From Tubulanus polymorphus (Eukaryota; Animalia; Nemertea), in NCBI RefSeq assembly GCF_964204645.1, contig NC_134032.1, forward strand, positions 15,674,275-15,738,274: a DNA stretch of 64,000 nucleotides, in the 5' to 3' direction. The position numbers and the translations under genes are program-made. The notes beneath the pieces are model-generated. The model saw only the letters and a program-made list of their open reading frames with translations, searched no databases and was not told the DNA's origin. Positions 25,310-37,613 of the stretch are shown here, piece after piece. Within the stretch, counting starts at the first letter, position 1. Each line of letters opens with the position of its first letter.

Positions 25310-25860
25310 AACTGTTGAGTTAACTCACAACTGTGGAACTGGATCCTGAGTTAAGAGTTAACTCTGGACTACCAACTGTGGAACTGGATCCTGAGTTCAG
25401 GGTTAACTCTGAACTCACAACTGTGGAACTGGATCCTGAGTTCACAGTTAACTCTGAACTCACAACTGTGGAACTGGATCCTGAGTTCACAGTTAACTCT
25501 GAACTCACAACTGTGGAACTGGATCCTGAGTTCACAGCTAACTCTGAACTCACAACTGTGGAACTGGATCTTGAGTTCACAGCTAACTCTAAACTCACAA
25601 CTGTGGAACTGGATCCTGAGTTCAGAGTTAACTCTAACTCTCAACTGTGGAACTGGATTCTGAGTTCAGAGTTAACTCTAACTCACAACTGTGGAACTGG
25701 ATCCTGAGTTCACAGTTAACTCTAACTCACACAACTGTGGAACTGGATCTTGAGTTCACAGCTAACTCTAACTCACAACTGTGGAACTGGATCCTGAGTT
25801 CACAGCTAACTCTGAACTCACAACTGTGGAACTGGATTCTGAGTTCAGAGTTAACAACTG
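25310..25860. repeat. 45-bp minisatellite (AACTCACAACTGTGGAACTGGATCCTGAGTTCACAGTTAACTCTG)
   Basis: About 12 copies; same family at ~56510-57090 and ~62835-62950. Confidence 0.95.
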
Positions 25861-26094
25861 AGAAACTGGTTCAAGGAATATAATCCCAGATAAATCCGAG
25901 TGATGAATATCGTCTCAAGGAAATATTTCGGACTCCGTTTGTCCTTATAGTGTGGCATTTTATCCTATCCTAAAACACGAATCCAGGGAATCAATGCGTT
26001 TAGAGTTCACAAATTGTCTTTAACCGTTTATCCTGTTCATCCTTTATCTATGACAAGAAAATGCATTTTTTCCATTTTGGAAGGATTTTGTTGG

Positions 26095-29000
26095 TCATTG
26101 TTCCATGGTTCCTTGCACTGCACCGCTCTGCCTTATCTGGAAATAAAACAAATAAATACAAGGTAGTTATCGTTCTTTCAATGTCAAATCTATCAGATTT
26201 TTGAAGCACTAACAAGAGCGATACTTCCGCTGAATTCACAAACTAATACCAACTAATGGCCTGAAGAAAGTTACTATCAAGGAAAGGGCCAACTGTCTGG
26301 AGGACCAGTACAACCGCTACGTGTTAGAGTAGAAATTAATTTGAATTTGATTGACTTCGCTACAAGGAGTGATCGCGATCGCCCGACTGCAGGGAGTGAT
26401 CGCGATCGCCTGACTGCAAGGAGTGATCGCGATCGCCTGACTGCAGGGAGTGATCATGATCGCCTGACTGCAAGGAGTGATCGCGATCGCCTGACTGCAA
26501 GGAGTGATCGTGATCGCCTGACTACAGGGCGTGATCGCGATCGCCTGACTGCAAGGAGTGATCGCGATCGCCTGACTGCAGGTAGTGATCGCGATCGCCT
26601 GACTGCAAGGAGTGATCGCGATCGCCCGACTGCAGGGAGTGATCGCGATCGCCTGACTGCAAGGAGTGATCGCGATCGCCTGACTGCAGGGAGTGATCAT
26701 GATCGCCTGACTGCAAGGAGTGATCGCGATTGCCTGACTGCAAGGAGTGATCGCTTGACTCAAAGATCGCCTGACTCCAAGGAGCCATTGCCTGAGCCCA
26801 GGGAGCGATATCCGGACTCAAAGGAGCGATCGCCGATTGCGAAGGCATGAACAACTGACAGACAAGGTCACGTTATTCCTAGAAGAGATTTGAATACATT
26901 ATCATCCATTTTACCTCGTCGAGTTGCTGTTTAGTTTCAGCCTCAAATTGCCGGACCTCTTCCATCGTCAGGTCCGTCCACTCGTCCGTCCAGCAATGTA
27001 GTCTTCGAAAAAACGCCAGGAATATTCGAGTTGTTACCTGCGTTTAAAGATGAAAACGAAATTAAATAATCGAAATTATTGATTTCTCTGAGTATTTTGG
27101 ATGAAAAGTCGATCTCGACACTACCCATAATACCTCTGCTTTGAGTGTTGCTACAATACCACATTGTTGAACAAAATAATTTCACTCAACAATAGCGTAT
27201 CATAGCAACGAGCCGGAGGTATCACGGGACTTATTTTCCGGCCGTTTTTTTTTCAAAATTCAAAACAAACCGCTCCAACCGCCGAGAAACGCGTGTCCTG
27301 CCTTCCCCCCTCGCTGTATACTGACCCGTTTTAGAATCTGCTCAGCTCGATTCTGTAAACCCCACCATTTGAATCGTATTGAGACCAATTTATACACGCA
27401 CATCGTTTCACAAGACTCCTAGAAAAAAAAACGAAATCGGAATTCATTTCTTCCAATGAATTTCGTGTTTAACTGTTAAGTCGAGAATATTCGTAGAGCA
27501 TCCGTATGTTATTAACCGGGTTTAGAATAAATGCAATGAGACGATCAATACTTTACAGGTGTAATCAATTCGGTCAACCGCTAGTGCTTTTTTCTGGTCC
27601 TAATAAGACTTTTATCAGGTGTGGACCAAAAACGAGCTAGTCCACCTGGTGTGTTCCAAGTCAAGTTGAAATAGACATTAGTCACTCATTCACCTGATGA
27701 AGCTATTATACAATATTAGCTAAAACTCGTACGTCAAATAAAAAAAGTAGTCATACCTTTGTAGTACTACTCATCCATGTTGCATTTGTAAAGTCGAGGC
27801 ACTCAATTTTGCCAGTAAACAGTTAAACTATGTTGTAAATTATCGAAATGTTTCATGATTTTTCTCAACTCACCTCCCAGCCGTTCTGTAAAGGCCCACG
27901 TCCCGTTTTCGCTGACTTGTATATATTCGGGTCCTCATCCGGCTTGTAGTCCTGTGAATACACATTCAACAAATCAAATAATCGATTTTAGGCTTAGATC
28001 TATTTTTCAAAGATTGAAGAGGCAATTGCCACAATTTCAACCCTAAGTTCGAAGTTAACAGAAAACCTCGAGGAATCGTTTTATTTTCTAACTATATCAA
28101 TCGACAATGAATTCAGTTTAACCACATAGTTCACTCAAGTCAAAATTTCACTGAGAACCTTTTAGTGTTCAGTTTTTTTTTTTATTACGATTACGGTGAT
28201 ATATCGCTATCGCGACCCCTGGTGGTGGTGGTACACGCGAGCTCGTAGTACGCGCAGTATACGGAGCGCCGCGAACCGACCACTCTCAGGACTGGGTGAA
28301 GTTAGAATTATTGGTCTATGAAACCAGCCTGTAACGCTTTTTAACGGGTCTATAAACTGGGACGGTCGGTTCTATCGTTGGAACGGGGACCATGAGGCTC
28401 CAGGGGCGGATGCAGGGGCATGTTGTGACCATGTCGACCAATAAAAAGGGCATATATTCTTAATTTAGGGTGGAAAGGTGTATCAGCAAAATTTTTGAAA
28501 TTTTACTATTATTTTAGAGCTTTCTGGGCATCTCTGAGAGGCATTTAATCAAGAAACATAGGTTATATATTTAGGAAAAATATCTTCTGTTTATCTCGGG
28601 TGGTAACAACGGCAAATTATGATACAGAGAGAAAAAGTAAAAATGCACTAAAGAATTCCGACCGTGTCGGGCAACACGGTCGACACGGGCTAAATCCGCC
28701 CCTGGGCCCCTTCGGTTTAAACTGTTACCAGACTTTCTGCTTGAAAAATTAATAATTCTTAAGAAATTTACTTGTGCATCGATTAATGAGTTGTCCGCTA
28801 TATCTAAGTGTATAACTTCTCTGCGTTTGAGTTCATCAGCCGGGAGGTTGTGGGCCTACAAAAGAAAATTGATAAATAAATCGACTTTTATTCATTTTTG
28901 AGATCGATTTACTTTTGTATTAAGAACGAATTCGTGTTTTCTTTTATCATACAAAATTATTTCCAAATTTGAAAAAAAAATCGCGCGGAAATTTTGATTT

Positions 29001-30992
29001 ATTTTCGCACGAACTCAACCGGAAACGGATATAGTTAAATACATGAGCTTCGCGCACGCGCACTTACGTTTTCCCTAGTTCCGTCGTCTGCGTCGAAATG
29101 ATACGTCTCGATACGATACATAAAATCATCGTTCATAAAATTGTTCTGCAAAAGAAAAAAAAGGGAATTCGTACCCGACTGAAACCGACGCCATATTGTT
29201 GGTCGATTGAGTTTAAATCTTGAGTCGAAATAGTTCAGTTTCAATTCTTTTGATTCTAGGGTCATGATTTTTAAATAGTAATGTACAGGGTAGATAGGCG
29301 ACCGACCGGAAACAAATTCTAAGCTCAACAGAATTGTGAAACAAAGTATCAATTCTTAGCTTTAAATGATACCTATTTAACACAATGAAAGGTTACGCAA
29401 TAAAGCGATCAAATTGTGATTTATTTGTTATTTTCATTTTTAACTGACCGTTATATCAGTTTTACAATACGGATAGGCGTTCCAGGATTTTTCGTCCACG
29501 TCCAGATAGTCATTGGGCGTCAAATAGCGCACAAACGCAGGAAGTTTCCTGTGAAATACAAACGAGATAACATGCAACACGTGGGTTTCAACAAGCCGAG
29601 ATCATAATCCCATCGATCATTTATTGCAACCTGCTTTTAAAATACAAGTGCTATTAGAAGTTTTGTTATAACAGTTTTATTATTCTTGTCACCTATAGTC
29701 ATGTAATATTGATTTAAAAGACAATAAACAACATTTGAATTGAATTGGATTGCAACACGAACATCGACTTGTCACTTCGATCAGTGTTGACAAGAATCAG
29801 GACAGAGTCCCGGAAGACCGCTTCTCTTCTCCCCTTCCCTCGGAAAGCCCAGGGGCCAGTTGCTCAAACATTGGTTAAAGATAACCAGTGGATAAATACC
29901 ATAGTAACAATGATATTTCAATATTGTCAACGAGTCAGCTATCCACTGGTTAACTCTAACCAACTTTTGAGCAACTTGTTTCCCCATCTGGTCCCAATGT
30001 ACGTACTCAGATAGGTGGATCTTTTTGTCAACGAGTCAGCTATCCACTGGTTAACTCTAACCAACTTTTTATACGTACTCAGATAGGTGGATCTTTTTAC
30101 GTGTAAACTGTCCACTATTAAACCCGTCCGGTAAGTCGTGTTCGTCTGAACCAGTAAACGGTATATTCTCCACGTATTCGATTCCTTCTCCTCCCCCCGT
30201 TTCTGTTTTACTCGATCGTGATATCGCGTAAAGCCTAGCGATTTTATGCTGCAAAAATAAACAGCGAGTCTCTATATATATGAATCAGTTGAGAATCATC
30301 GCAATATCCGCGATAAAACGATGAGATCCGACAATGAATGAACGAATCTAAAAAGTTTATTCAAAAAAATTGGTAATATTTCGGATGGTTGCTACCACAC
30401 CCTTATTCAGTCTGAAATCACTTGCAAAAAAAACACACTGAGTCTCTATATATTAGTTAAAGATGCGCCGAAAATTTCGATATCTGAATGAAAATTATAG
30501 TTGTTAGTTTATAATGAACTACATACCTCATCAACAGTCATTGGTAAGCGTATCCGGCTGATGTAAAAGATTTAAAAAGAAAAAACAAAACACATTTAAA
30601 AAACCATTTCATCCAGAAAGCGATTCGTACTTTATCTAAAAGCGTTAGTTTTATTCGTGTACTATAAATCATGACTTATTGATAACTATAAGAACCTAAT
30701 ATGTACAGATAAGAAATTTCAAAAATCGAGAATTTCATTTAATCAAAAATTCAAAATGACACGAAGACATTTCGACTCTCTATAGATCATCGTCAGGCGT
30801 CATTTCAATTTTTGATTGAATTAATTCTTGATTTTTTTAGTTGGCTTCACATTTTAGTTTGGTTGTGTGCTATTGACTTATGACTTACTATTCTAGTATC
30901 ATCGAAGGCTGTTGTTTGTCCGGGTTTTGAGACTCCGTCGATTCATCTGACGACGACGAATTGAAATCGAAAATTCTCGGAAGAAACGGCAT
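26095..30992 (-). CDS. PITP: Class I phosphatidylinositol transfer protein (PITP alpha/beta-like), 300 aa, 10 exons
   Basis: Exons 30889-30992, 30527-30557, 30079-30248, 29449-29548, 29068-29145, 28772-28855, 27874-27951, 27326-27418, 26915-27037, 26095-26136 (903 nt, in phase). Motifs [79 protein letters not shown]. Confidence 0.95.
26358..26830. repeat. 27-bp minisatellite (ACTGCAAGGAGTGATCGCGATCGCCTG)
   Basis: About 15 near-identical copies plus a degenerate tail, in the last PITP intron. Confidence 0.95.
28401..28704. mobile_element. MITE with CAGGGGCGGAT / ATCCGCCCCTG terminal inverted repeats
   Basis: 11-bp perfect TIR plus weaker subterminal symmetry; no clear TSD. Confidence 0.6.
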
Positions 30993-31055
30993 TTTTTTTT
31001 GCTTATGGAATCTTCATAAAAAATGTCTTTAAATCGTTCACACAATGTTTCATAC

Positions 31056-31557
31056 GACAGAGTTTAAACTCTCGCTGCTCCTAGTGACAGGGTTTAAACT
31101 CGCTGCTCCAACTGACAGGATTTAAACTCGCTGCTCCTAGTGACAAGGTTTAAACTCTCTGCTCCTACTGACAGGATTTAAACTCGCTGCTCCAACTGAC
31201 AGGGTTTAAACTCACTGCTCCTAGTGACAGGGTTTAAACTCGCTGCTCCAACTGACAGGGTTTAAACTCGCTGCTCCAACTGACAGGGTTTAAACTCGCT
31301 GCTCCTAGTGAAAGGGTTTAAACTCGCTGCTCCTAGTGAAAGGGTTTAAACTCGCTGCTCCTAGTGACAGGGTTTAAACTCGCTGCTCCAACTGACAGGG
31401 TTTAAACTCGCTGCTCCTAGTGAAAGGGTTTAAACTCACTGCTCCTAGTGAAAGGGTTTAAACTCGCTGCTCCTAGTGAAAGGGTGTAAACTCGCTGCTC
31501 CTAGTGAAAGGGTTTAAACTCGCTGCTCCTAGCGAAAGGGTTTAAACTCACTGCTCC
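31056..31557. repeat. 28-bp minisatellite (GACAGGGTTTAAACTCGCTGCTCCTAGT)
   Basis: About 18 copies immediately upstream of the PITP start codon. Confidence 0.95.
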
Positions 31558-32552
31558 CGTTGGCCGTATGTATTCACGATCCAATTGCCCGCATGCACAA
31601 TAAACCGCTGTTAAGATATGTGGTTTATAATGTGGATATTAAATACACACTGTCGTTCTCTAAGTTGTTTAATGTATAGCGGTATATAATATATATATAT
31701 ATATATACACATTGACAAAATATCTACTGTCGCTCACATTGTAGTTCTTTGAATTAAGAACAGTTTGTAGTCGTAGAACGCTTATAGCCTTTGGATGAGG
31801 GGCGCTTCCGAGTCCGAGCTGTCCACAATGGACCTAGCCGGTTTGCCAGAGAGGAAATGAAGTAGATAGTAATTGATTTTGATAACTCAATATATTTGAA
31901 ATAACTTAATAATTGATTTCCTAAAATTATTTTTTGTGAATTTATTTCGTTTTCATATTCCTGCTTGGAATACGAGTATCAATCTTCGAGTTCGAGTTCA
32001 ATTTTATTTCACGGACAAACAGTAAACAGAGATAAAAAATAAGGAGAATTTATGAATAAGCGACGAAATTCAAGGCCCAGTTTCACGAAAAAGTTTAAGC
32101 CAAAAACGGTTAAGTTTGAATTGTTGTCCTCATTGAAAATATGAAGTAACCATTAGCGACTACGCCAAAAATTTGAGTAAAACATTTTTTGTGAAACTGG
32201 GCCCTGATGAACGATCAATAGTTATAAAAATGGTCATTACATCGATGGTTGATCCGTTAGATCTTGACCGTCAGGTGCTGCCCCTATATAAAATAGTAGC
32301 GGTGAATACGTGAACCATCTCGACAAGGCAATTTTCCTACTGTGGCATGCGGGTAATAGGTTAGTTCACGTATTCGCCGTCTACGATGTGTATAGAGGCA
32401 GCACTTGACGGTTAAGATTTCAAACGCGTTGAGCTTCAATTTGAGTTTGATAGAGCAAGTTTGTTCGCTGATAATGGCATTAAAAAGAAAGGGCATTATA
32501 ACGAACTTAAACTGAGCCGTAACTTAATTCTAAAAGTGGTCTTAACAACCGA

Positions 32553-33090
32553 TCACCCAGTCCTGTTTGTCTCCACCAGTGAACTCCGTCACTCTACGAT
32601 CTTAGTTAACTCAACTGTGGTACATCAGACACTGAGGTTCTTGGTGAACCCCTTTAGTTCACCCAGTCCTAGAAGTGGTTGCATCTACAGTGATCTCCGT
32701 CACTCTACGGTCCTAGTGAACCCAACTGTGGTACATCAGACACTAAGGTTCTTGATGAACCCCTTCAGTTCACTCAGTCCTGGAAGTGTTTGTCTCCACA
32801 GTGATCTCCGTCACTCTACGATCCTAGTGAACCCAACCGTGGTACATCAGACACTAAGGTTCTTGATGAACCCCTTCAGTTCACCCAGTCCTGGAAGTGT
32901 TTGTCTCCACACTGATCTCCGTCACTCTACGATCCTAGTGAACCCAACCGTGGTATATCAGACGCTAAGGTTCTTCATGAACCCCTTCAGTTCACACAGT
33001 CCTGGAAGTGTTTGTCTCCACACTGATCTCCGTCAATCTACGGTCCTAGTGAACCCAACTCTGGTATATCAGACACTAAGGTTCTTGGTG
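32553..33090. repeat. 111-bp tandem repeat
   Basis: About 5 copies; 37-aa periodicity in ORF 32461-33126. Confidence 0.92.
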
Positions 33091-34439
33091 ATGTTACGGG
33101 AAGGTACAGTTCCTCCGATCCCGTAGGTCCTTTCCAACAGGTCGTCGCTATTATCCTAATTACAGTCAATTGCCGATATACTGCCCTCTCATATACCGCC
33201 ACCCTCGCCTACCACCAGGTTTTCTCAATGTACATCTCTATACAAATACATAGTAAAACATCCCCGCTATACCGCCATACTCTCTGTACCACAAAAAAAT
33301 CGTTCTGCAGCGATGTGGGCGATATATCTGTATCTAATATTTACCCGAATCATTTAAAAAACAAATGAAGTGAAACAAATTTCGAAAGAGTCATTTAACA
33401 ATTTTATTTTGTTATTTTACCGTTAGTAATATTATTATTATCGTTATTATGATAAAAAGTGAACACATACAAGAACAAACGGATGTATTATACTTTAATA
33501 GAACGCGCGAACACGAGAGAGATCGGAAACAATTTCATTTGCATAATTATATATTCACCAACCAATGGGAAGAGAGATAGAGAGTGAGAACATACAGAAT
33601 GTGTGACGACTTATGTGAGAAAATCGATAAATGTATATATTCAAATAGCGGAAGAATTCGAGGAAATTTGATTACATTATAATATGCAAAACAGCCGTGT
33701 GTCAATATTAACCAATCGGATGTATGTGTGTTTTAATTTATGTTGATATATGCAAAATTATTTTTTAGATGACCAACCGCGCCTGAATCATAGCGAAGTA
33801 TTTTTAGATGGCCTTAAAATGGTCTTAACTCGAATTGGAATCTTGATACAACAATCAGACAAAGTGACCATTCGAAAATATCCTTCCCTCAACACGGGCT
33901 TAAAATACAGATAATAAGATCTTTGAAGACTCGATTTTTTAACAACTTTGAAATGCGTCAAACGGCATGCGCGAATAATTACATCTTGACAATTCTTGTT
34001 TCCATAATAAATAGAAAGGAATTCACGAATGGTAAAGTTAACATACAAATCAACATAAACCCAAGCTGCCGTGTTGCCCAGCCATAGCCCAAATGTTAGA
34101 AAAGTCTAAGGTCGAAAACAAATCTAACAACTTAACACCAGTTTCCAGAGATCTAAGACCACTTTTGGACTTAAGTCTCGACTTTGGAACCGGCTTAGGG
34201 CCCAGTTGCATAGCGATGACTTGAGTCCAAAGGTGGTCTTAAATCTTAGAAAACTAGTGCTAGATTCGCTGAATTACTTAAGTTGGTATTGAATCTAAAC
34301 CACGACTGTGCAACGAGACACAACAGCTGTTTCTATTACTTAATTCATATGACGTCACATAGGATGATATGCCTTCGGGTCGATGCCGTCGGGTTCGAGT
34401 CCCTAAAATATATCAATTGGTGACAATATGATTTTTTTA

Positions 34440-34575
34440 ACCTGGGCCATCCCTGAGGCAGGGCTGACTTGATGAAATGCTACCGCCAGCTGCGCTTCTG
34501 CTATTCCGGGATTCGAACCCGGTGGCATCGCGAGACTCTGTCTTGGACTGTCGAATGCACGGTATAACCACCAAA
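34440..34575 (-). mobile_element. tRNA-derived SINE fragment
   Basis: Minus strand reads CAGAGTCTCGCGATGCCACCGGGTTCGAATCCCG with a B-box; same head as the repeat at 53200-53545; no cloverleaf. Confidence 0.55.
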
Positions 34576-35949
34576 TAAAGACCCCTAGGTCCAATCAATC
34601 AGAATGCGATAAAAATCGAAAACAAATTCAATTTTCGCTGATTATTTTTGACGGTTGACAACAGTCGATATTTCAATTCGAATTTAGTATCGCTGGTGAT
34701 CATATTCTTTTTGAAAGACCACGTGATCGTCAACATTAAGATAAACACAGAACAATAAGCGGGAACGACGACCTCTCAAGAATCCGCTAGGTGCCGCTGA
34801 ATACATTTTCCACAGCGTCCCCTTAGCAAGCGTTAAACGATAAGCCCGTGCCATTTTCGAAAAATGTTTAAAGCTTAACCCCAATCGTGAAAAATGTTTT
34901 CCTCAATTATAGGCCTACCCACAAGATCTAGTGTCTATCGCTTGCGGTAGATGGCGCTGTGCAGAAGATGCTTAATAGTTGGTTTAAGTTTAAGTGATCA
35001 ATGTCATGGTGACAATTGAAATTGCATTATTACCACGGTATTCGTCCATCCGTCAACTCTAGACACTCTGCTTTGAAATTAGTAGATTTTCAATAAGTTG
35101 ATAAAGTTTATTCTTAACCCACAACTGTGGAGCTTAGCCCAGACTACTAGCGATGCCTGGTGGATTTTTGAGGAGTCAGCATTCTTCCCGTTTTGCGTTT
35201 GTAGTTAAATATAAAAAAAAATATTATTGTCCTACAATGATCCGGAGCCAGTTCCGCAGTTTATAGATCCGCGGCCAGTTCCGCAGTTTATAGATCCGCG
35301 GCCAGTTCCGCAGTTTATGGATCTTCGGCCAGTTCCGCAGTTTATAGATCTATAAACTCTGTAGCGTGAAATCTGAACCCAAAACCGTGGAATAGGGTCA
35401 TATATACTACCGTCTATTCATTTTCATCTGGCATCGATTTTTTGGGGGATATTTCTCTCGATAACATGTACCTTAAATTGGTATCAATGCGCGACCAGTG
35501 AAACCATCGTATCATCACCAAATTGAGGCGTGTCTTACAGAAATATGCCCCAAAAAATCGATGTCATACAAAAAAAACAATAGACTTTAATCATAATTTA
35601 CAATTATTTAGAAAAACCAGCAGTCTTAATTAATCGGTGACAATTAATAATAAAATTACACAATTATTATAATTATATAATACAGAATGAGAAAAATAAA
35701 TTATCATATTCAATTCTTTAAATTTGTAATTACCGGAGGCTTAAATTATCATTATTATTATTACTTTTTTTTAGAAAAACCAACCGCGCTAACGACCCCG
35801 TATCAGAGGCAATACGATGAGAAATATCTAAATGATCACGACACCAAAAACGTGGATACACTGCAACAACATTCATCTTTAAAGAGCTTTATATATATAT
35901 ATATATGTATATATTTATAATTACAATAACAACAATTATAATATTCATA

Positions 35950-36058
<109 letters not shown>

Positions 36059-36580
36059 TGTATATATTCGAACCTGATTCATTTCCAAGATTCACCCCCG
36101 AGCACATTCATGCATGCAATAAACAAGTTGAGGTCACACTTCCCATTTCACGGGGGGGGGGGGGATGTCAACATAAGATAAATCGAATAAATAAAATCCT
36201 ACAATAGGAACGAGTATGATATGTTTCCTTTGGATAGTATCCTGAAGATGACTATTTCCAATACAGTAAAAACACTAATATAGTCATCTCCAGTATTACT
36301 GAAATTATAACTAATTCATGAAAAGTGTATAAAATCCTGGGCCAGCAGTTGCTCAAAATTTGGTTAGAGTTAACCAGTTGATAATGAGTTGACATAGTGA
36401 CAGTTTAAAGTCCGTTGTTACTGTGATATCCGCCAGTTTCCTTTAACTAAATTTTCAGCAACTGGCTCCACAACAAAAATACAAAAATTAATACGTAAAC
36501 ATTTTATTACTTGATTAGTCTTTTTGTTCCGGGCTGTGCAAATATGTCTCAGACTTATTATCAGCTATTTTAAAGATTGT

Positions 36581-37613
36581 CTGAAGATGACTATCAGGAT
36601 AAAGTCGAAACGTTGAATAAACTACACTAGCTCAAGGAATACAGTATTTCTGAAGATGACTATTAGGATATAGTCGAAACGTTGAATAAACTACACTAGC
36701 TCAAGGAATACAGTATTCCCGAAGATGACTATTAGGATATAGTCGAAACGTTGAATAAACTACACTAGCTCAAGGAATACAGTATTCCTGAAGATGACTA
36801 TTAGGATAAAGTCGAAACATTTAATAAACTACACTAGCTCAGGGAATACAGTATTCCCGAAGATGACTATTTATAGGATATAGTCGAAACGTTAAATAAA
36901 CTACACTAGCTCAAGGAATACAGTATTCCTGAAGATGACTATTAGGATATAGTCGAAACGTTGAATAAACTACACTAGCTCAAAGAATACAGTATTCCTG
37001 AAGATGACTATTAGGAAAAAGTCGAAACGTTGAATAAACTACACTAGCTCAAGGAATACAGTATTCCTGAAGATGACTATCAGGATATAGTCGAAACGTT
37101 GAATAAACTACACTAGCTCAAAGAATACAGTATTCCTGAAATGACTATTAGGATTAAGTCGAAACGTTGAATAAACTACACTAGCTCAAGGAATACAGTA
37201 TTTCTGAAGATGACTATTAGGATAAAGTCGAAACGTTGAATAAACTACACTAGCTCAAAGAATACAGTATTCCTGAAATGACTATTAGGATTAAGTCGAA
37301 ACGTTGAATAAACTACACTAGCTCAAGGAATACAGTATTCCCGAAGATGACTATTAGGATATAGTCGAAACGTTGAATAAACTACACTAGCTCAAGGAAT
37401 ACAGTATTCCTGAAGATGACTATTAGGATATAGTCAAAACGTTGAATAAACTACACTAGCTCAAGGAATACAGTATTTCCGAAGATGACTATTAGGATAT
37501 AGTCAAAACGTTGAATAAACTACACTAGCTCAAGGAATACAGTATTCCTGAAGATGACTATTAGGATTAAGTCGAAACGTTGAATAAACTACACTAGCTC
37601 AAGGAAACATTTC
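36581..37613 (+). ncRNA. Tandem array of ~15 x 69-bp units, each a minimal type I hammerhead-ribozyme motif
   Basis: Unit TATTC-CTGAAGA-T-GACTA-TTAGGATA-TAGTC-GAAA-CG-TT-GAATA-AACTACACTAGCTCAAGGAATACAG: helix I TATTC/GAATA, core CUGANGA and GAAA, helix II GACT(A)/(T)AGTC, palindromic ACGT helix III. The repeat is certain; activity is inferred. Confidence 0.75.

Noticed and set aside
25320-26854. Repetitive ORFs ([29 protein letters not shown])
   Set aside because: Translations of 45-bp and 27-bp minisatellites in PITP downstream and intronic DNA.
32461-33126. 221-aa ORF with 37-aa repeats
   Set aside because: TTG start, explained by the 111-bp tandem repeat, no splice or homology support.
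36581-37613. CRISPR-like appearance of regular repeats here and at other arrays
   Set aside because: Units are head-to-tail with no unique spacers, no cas genes, and the context is eukaryotic.
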